Shown here piece by piece: positions 32,185 through 37,119 of a DNA stretch of 37,119 bases; the stretch's first letter is position 1; every line of letters starts with the position of its first letter. This DNA comes from Octopus sinensis. Taxonomy: Eukaryota. The position numbers were made by a program, and so were the translations under genes. The notes under the pieces were generated by a model. It worked only from the letters and a program-made list of their open reading frames with translations, made no database searches and was not told where the DNA came from. The stretch lies in the NCBI RefSeq assembly GCF_006345805.1, contig NW_021835937.1, positions 1 to 37,119 on the forward strand. Reading direction: 5' to 3'.

Positions 32185-32973
32185 CTACCTACGTTCGTGG
32201 ACTCTTCGTTTGTGTGTATGCGTTTGTTTGCCATTCCTGTAATCCCTTCCTAAAAATAATTAAATATAACAAAAACAGACTTTTATCGACCAATTCCAAA
32301 CTAGTCATTGATGTCTTGAAATAACTACAAATAATCACCTCATTTTCCTGTGTTGCTCTCAACTGCCTGTCCATTTCCGCGTTCTGTCGTTTCACTGAAG
32401 GGTTAAATATCACAGAATACAAATTTGGTCGTAGTAACACTCAGGAGGGTAGGCTGAGGGGTCGTACACGTCCTGGGGATATCAACAGCCAGCATACTTT
32501 GGGGAAATTAGAGCCATATTCGTCAATCTTGAGAAATTGAATCATTTTTTCATAAATACTAAACTGAAACAGTTTTGGCAGCACCATGGGTTCTTAAAGT
32601 CCTTCCTCGACATAATAATCTTGTTCAGGTCGTACCCATCAGCAGCATAGCAGTCAAATTTGTACTATTATTAGCTGGGGAGGTCCCTGACTTGTAATTC
32701 GGAAGGGAAAGGAGAGGAATGTTCTCTTTCTGGCAAATGGGCATTTTCTCGTCCAATTCCGAAGTATTTTAATAATTTATTTTCGTCTTTGAGTGGACAT
32801 GATGAGTCAATAAGGACTATTTGTGGATCATGGGGATTTGTAGGGGTGGGGATTGTTTCTTGGTGGTCTACTGATTTGTCCATTATTTGTATTGGGGGTC
32901 CTTCATTGGATGACTCATCGTCGCTTTTATAGACCACTAGTGATGCATGGTTCATTATTTGTTTATTCTGCAT
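32185..32973 (-). CDS. SAP30BP: SAP30-binding protein (HCNGP domain), multi-exon
   Basis: Spliced DLNKIIMSRKDFKNP|CIYEKMIQFLKIDEYGSNFPK|DVYDPSAYPPECYYDQI|LKRQNAEMD matches HCNGP MNYIIQRKKEFRNPSIYEKLIQFCAIDELGTNYPKDMFDP; introns of about 24-31 nt. Confidence 0.86.
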
Positions 32974-33099
32974 ATCTATGGAAAGTCAATGTTTGGTGAC
33001 TAGTCCACAACGTACGTTTTATTAGCAATTTATTACTTTTTGTAATAAAAAAATATTTGATAATAAATAGAGACATTGACAGGAATTTAGGATATAAAT

Positions 33100-33660
33100 G
33101 CAATATAGACTATCAAAGCTTTCTTAATTCGTTCTGGATGTGTTCAACAAGAAGAGACTGCCAAAACGAACAGTCATAGCTGACATTGTTCCTCTATGTG
33201 GTCTCACCAACAAAATTTTACGACCGGCTTAAATTCAAACTACAAATCCTGGCTTACAAGCTTCTTAACGGGCTGCATAGGTTACGTCTCCATCATGGAC
33301 ATAGTTCCAAACAACGTAATCTTTCAAACGGGGAACCGGAGGGGTCTGTGCTGACTTTAACTCTGTTCAACCTTTATTTGTACGACCCAAATAACTTGTC
33401 ACTATCTTACAGAGACGACATTATTATTGCCTCAAAGCAAAAAGATACCGCCTCTTTCAACATTCAGCAATAACTATACTCTGTTGAGAATTGGCGCATC
33501 ATCGGACAAGGCAAACAGGCGTATAAACATTCTAAAAGCAATAAATGGTTGCATCACTGATTCCCAGTTCAAACAAATCTACAAAAAATCATCCTCAAGT
33601 CCGAGTTGGCTCCCATGTCTATCTGCAAGCTCCATCGGGCGACTCCAATCAGGATAATTA
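33100..33660 (+). mobile_element. Degraded I/Jockey-group RT fragment
   Basis: NGEPEGSVLTLTLFNLYLYD...SYRDDIIIAS (decayed GVPQGS/YADD) and KANRRINILKAI. Confidence 0.62.
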
Positions 33661-33979
33661 TAATTAAATCGGAAGAATTAAAATATAAAAATCAAATAAA
33701 AATTCTTTAATGAGAGAAAAAACCCGCTAAAAATCAAAGAAATTGGAGATCAAAACCAAAACATTAAAATTTAATAGCGTATGTTATATCACCATTATTA
33801 GATAATTCATAAGACCTATTCGGCGTTCTTTCAATTCATTTTTGAATATCTCTAATCTATAAGTGATTCTAAATTTTATTATTTCTACAAAATTTTGTTT
33901 ATTTTTAAGAGGATCCAATTCCAATTTTTGTTTGATTGTCCTTCACACATTTTTCATAGTGTTCATTCGATAAGTTAAA

Positions 33980-35130
33980 TATTATTTTTTTAATTGAAAG
34001 AAAAGAACCATTGAAATAAAGGAAAATAAACTTGCTGGAATGGCTAAAAAAGTAGAAAGGCTCAAAAATGAAGCGCAGATGTTCAAGGTTGTTCACTTAC
34101 ATAGGAGCATGCAGTCATCAAAAATCACAGTACATAACCACCTTGGTAAGATTATGCTAAACAAAAACGAAATCGTATTAGCCTTGTTCCGCCACTATCA
34201 GTTGGCCTTCAATCAAAACCACCGGAAAAACATCTAACAATTCAATGATGAAGCCTGAGAACTAAATATTCCGGTAACGATTCTGGAAACAGGACAAATT
34301 AAACAGAACTTTTCAAATATGGACCGACTGAGATCTCCGAGGTATTAACCAAGATATACAACAAAACATTCAAGTACATCTCACCACTAGACGTGGATAA
34401 TGGCACATTAATTGCACTACAAAAACCGGGAAAAACTAAAGGCCTGTTAACAAATTTAAGACCCACCGTAGTGTTGACGACTCTCCGTAAGACACTATCA
34501 CTTATAGTGTTGAATAGGATTGGACCTGACATTAAAAACTTCCTTACTCACGGTCAAAACGATCCAGGCCAGTCACATCCTTCGGATGAACGAAATGACA
34601 CCCACCAACATAGCAATGAAGAACTAGTTCTGCCGAAAACTGAACAACTCGTTCCGTGAGACAAAAGCTGAAAACGGGTGATAATTTGGATATGTTCGGA
34701 GAAATTGCAAAAAACCGTGGATCTTGGAGAATGTTGGTTAAAAGATTTGGGGAAGAAAAAATAGCCTGAAGTAAAGTACAACACAAACGGGACCTCAATT
34801 AAATAAATCACTTTTTGGTTCTTTCAAAATGCAAATAATAAACTCAATTTTAAACTAAAAAGAAGAAACATACTTACCCAACTTGAAACCTTGAAACGAA
34901 TGTGTAACTTTTATATGATTTTTCAAAAGATCAATGAAAAATAGAAAAAATACCACTTTAATGACCCATATTAAATTCGCTTTTTTGACGTCAATTAAAC
35001 ATAATATGGATATCCATAGAGAAACTGAAAAGAACTGTGGTTCTTGGAGGCAGTTAGTTAAGCGAATAGTTGAAAGAATAACATGAAGTTAGATAAATTA
35101 CTTTTTGGTTCTTTGAAAGTGATAATAGTT
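33980..35130 (+). mobile_element. RTE-like LINE, internally deleted, plus a second decayed 3' end (about 35020-35130)
   Basis: ELFKYGPTEI, GTLIALQKPGKTKG..NLRPTVVLTTLRKTLSLIVLNRI (RT domain 0/1) jumps to the C-terminus and 3' UTR shared with 4588-4915; KNCGSWRQLVKR is repeated downstream. Confidence 0.8.
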
Positions 35131-35639
35131 CAAAAAATAATGTATTTTAACGAAAAATATTGAAATTAATTATTTTTAGTTTTGCAATTGGGACCGTCTA
35201 TACCTTCCTTTAGCATATTTTATCTACTCAAAATGATTGATTTATCTCAACTCGATTATTTGATAAAATGTTGATTATTTCAGCAGCGGGATAGAATTGA
35301 GACTCAAATTTATCCAGCCGCATAATCTTTTGTAACTCGAACCTATCTATAATTTTTTTTTATCTAAACTTTATCTCTGACACTAAATTTGTATTTACTA
35401 TAGTGGAAATTCATTTTTATATTTACTACCTTAGTGTAGGCTGAGTTTCCATCAATGGGATATAAATTAAATTTGAATTTTTCGGACTCGGACAATTAAA
35501 ATCGCATAAATATAAATTCAAGTTAAAATAATTGAATTTTCAATTGAGTCTAAATTTGAACAAATCCCTGAATTTTCAATTTTTTTCAAAAAACATAATT
35601 TAATAATTATAACAAACGTGTTTATTATGGTTATCCCTC

Positions 35640-35975
35640 GGTATCTTTCGAAAAGACTGATTTGAAAATTAGCCAAAATCTTTAGGCACTATTTTTCATC
35701 TGTGTCTATTATTTTGGACATTTTTTGGGTGATCATTTGATTAAAAAGTTCCACAATCCCTTGTGTACGGGAACTGTTTGGTCTACTATCTGAACTACGT
35801 TGAATTCTTCGCATAGATTTCTCAGAAACACATTCTTGAATTCTGAACCATTATCTGCCAGGTCCATATAGGTAGAAAAGCAATGTTAAGATGGCGCATA
35901 CTTCTTTTGAAAATTTATGATAAAGATGTCTGACAAATGCATATGTGAATAAATTGTTTAAGGATAAATTGTTCG
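35640..35975 (-). mobile_element. Second copy of the rve integrase fragment
   Basis: TACGTTGAATTCTTCGCATAGATTTCTCAGAAACACATTCTTGAATTCTGAACCATTATCTG is near-identical to 16861-16922. Confidence 0.75.
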
Positions 35976-36290
35976 AAAAAGCTTACAAAAAATCAACTGA
36001 CAAATCGAAGTTATATCGGTCGATTCGTCGAACTGGATGTTTATCGGAAAAGAACTGTTGTTAATACGATGAAAAATCTGAGACAAAATATCACCAGACA
36101 TATCTTGAATTCTTTGAGAAATTGTATCATTTGACAAAAAGACCTCTTTGAATACAGAATCAGAGCCAAGCAAATTTCGGCAATTGAAATATTAGAAGGT
36201 TTTATTAAAATTTCGCCAGAATAATGAGGTACCTTACCTTTAATTAAAAAAAAGAAAAAATCTCGTATGATCCGCGAACAGTAGGTTTGG
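35975..36290 (-). mobile_element. Buster/ZBED hAT transposase internal fragment
   Basis: KVPHYSGEILIKP...LSNDTISQRIQDMSGDI...IQFDESTDI (first catalytic Asp motif). Confidence 0.78.
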
Positions 36291-36457
36291 TTTAAAAAAA
36301 GAAGAAAAGAGGTTATTTTTGGCGTGGAATGATAACTTTTTCGCTTAGCTTGCGGAACGGACGGGGAAAAGTTTTCGTAAGGAATTGAAATAGGTTTATT
36401 ATTATTAACCTCCAAGCTTGCTTAGCATAGCAAACCCGGCACAAACAGTCATAGCTA

Positions 36458-36520
36458 ACTAATCGAATGAAGAAGCCAAGGAAGAAGGAACTGTCCGTGC
36501 TGATCAACATTAGCCTCCAA
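36458..36520. repeat. 63-bp dispersed repeat, copy 2
   Basis: 59/63 identity to 561-623. Confidence 0.85.
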
Positions 36521-36618
36521 ATCTTCAATACAGTTTAAATACATAAACAAAAATAATTTGAATCTATACAAGGAATAATTAAAGTTTATTAGTTCATAGA
36601 AATAATATTTATGAGAAA

Positions 36619-37075
36619 CTAGCTCGGCAGCTCGCTTCGCTCACCGCGACCTAGCTCCTGCGGAGGGCCTGTTTCATCAAACAACTATAAGTTTATGTAG
36701 ATGTATAAAACTACCTGGTTTAATGTAACCCTATTCTATCGCCTGTTGATAAACGATGTTTGTCGTCCGTCCTTCCTTGGCATATATGAATAAATTTTCT
36801 CTTCTGCCTACCCTCGAGCATCCCACATACAGCTGTCCATGTGAAAAGCACTCACTCTCTAAAAAAACCCAACTACCTTTAAGACTGTCCCTGGGCCTTG
36901 TTTATTGTCATTGCAAAACTCATCCTCAAAAGAAATTGCAGCCTTTTAAATCTAAATGGTTAATCATCAGAAATTATCGGAATTTCGTGGAATATAACAT
37001 CCTCACCTCAATACTTACCTGTTAATATCGTCGCCTCTATTACGTTAGCCATCTTTCTTCAGCTTCATTTTTCCT
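36619..37075 (-). mobile_element. Helitron 3' end: Pif1-like helicase C-terminus, subterminal hairpin, CTAG terminus
   Basis: VIEATILTG..GEDV, FKRLQF..SFAMTINK, CFSHGQLYVGCSRVG, TTNIVYQ; minus strand GCGGTGAGC-GAA-GCGAGCTGC hairpin, then CTAG followed by T at 36618. Confidence 0.87.
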
Positions 37076-37119
37076 CCTTCGGTTATCTATTTAAAAAATT
37101 ATTTTTGAATAATAAAAAT

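Noticed and set aside
37010-37022. ATACTTACCTG, identical to the 5' end of U1 snRNA
   Set aside because: Downstream sequence shows no U1 stem-loops or Sm site; it is the reverse complement of Helitron helicase codons (ILTGKY).
1-37119. tRNA, rRNA, CRISPR arrays or prokaryotic operons
   Set aside because: No cloverleaf, rRNA-like conserved stretch or repeat-spacer array was seen by eye; the gene structure is eukaryotic.

Overview
Eukaryotic, almost certainly animal, AT-rich genomic DNA from a compact-gene organism. Seven recognisable genes are split by very short spliceosomal introns (mostly 22-33 nt) at ancestral, vertebrate-shared positions: ZNF598, GBF1, a GABPB-like ankyrin gene, glycogen phosphorylase, ERLEC1, PCBD and SAP30BP. 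That architecture is established for dicyemid mesozoans; myxozoans or other reduced parasites cannot be excluded without a search. Roughly 40% of the window (hand estimate) is intergenic transposon debris: I/Jockey-like, RTE-like, CRE-like and R4-like non-LTR fragments, two TIR/TSD-complete Buster-group hATs, a Ginger/TDD-type integrase element nested in one of them, other rve fragments and a Helitron 3' end. The most notable observations are (1) mini-introns with very relaxed splice signals (many AAG, one GAG, two GC-AG), (2) a full-length glycogen phosphorylase whose phosphate-binding motif KRIHEYKRQ has become KPVQESKRH, (3) host-sized mini-introns inside three different transposase families, and (4) an RLE fragment of a family I recall mainly from microsporidia. 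Single-base homopolymer deletions suggest an imperfectly polished long-read assembly. All calls come from manual translation and motif recall; no database search was run.
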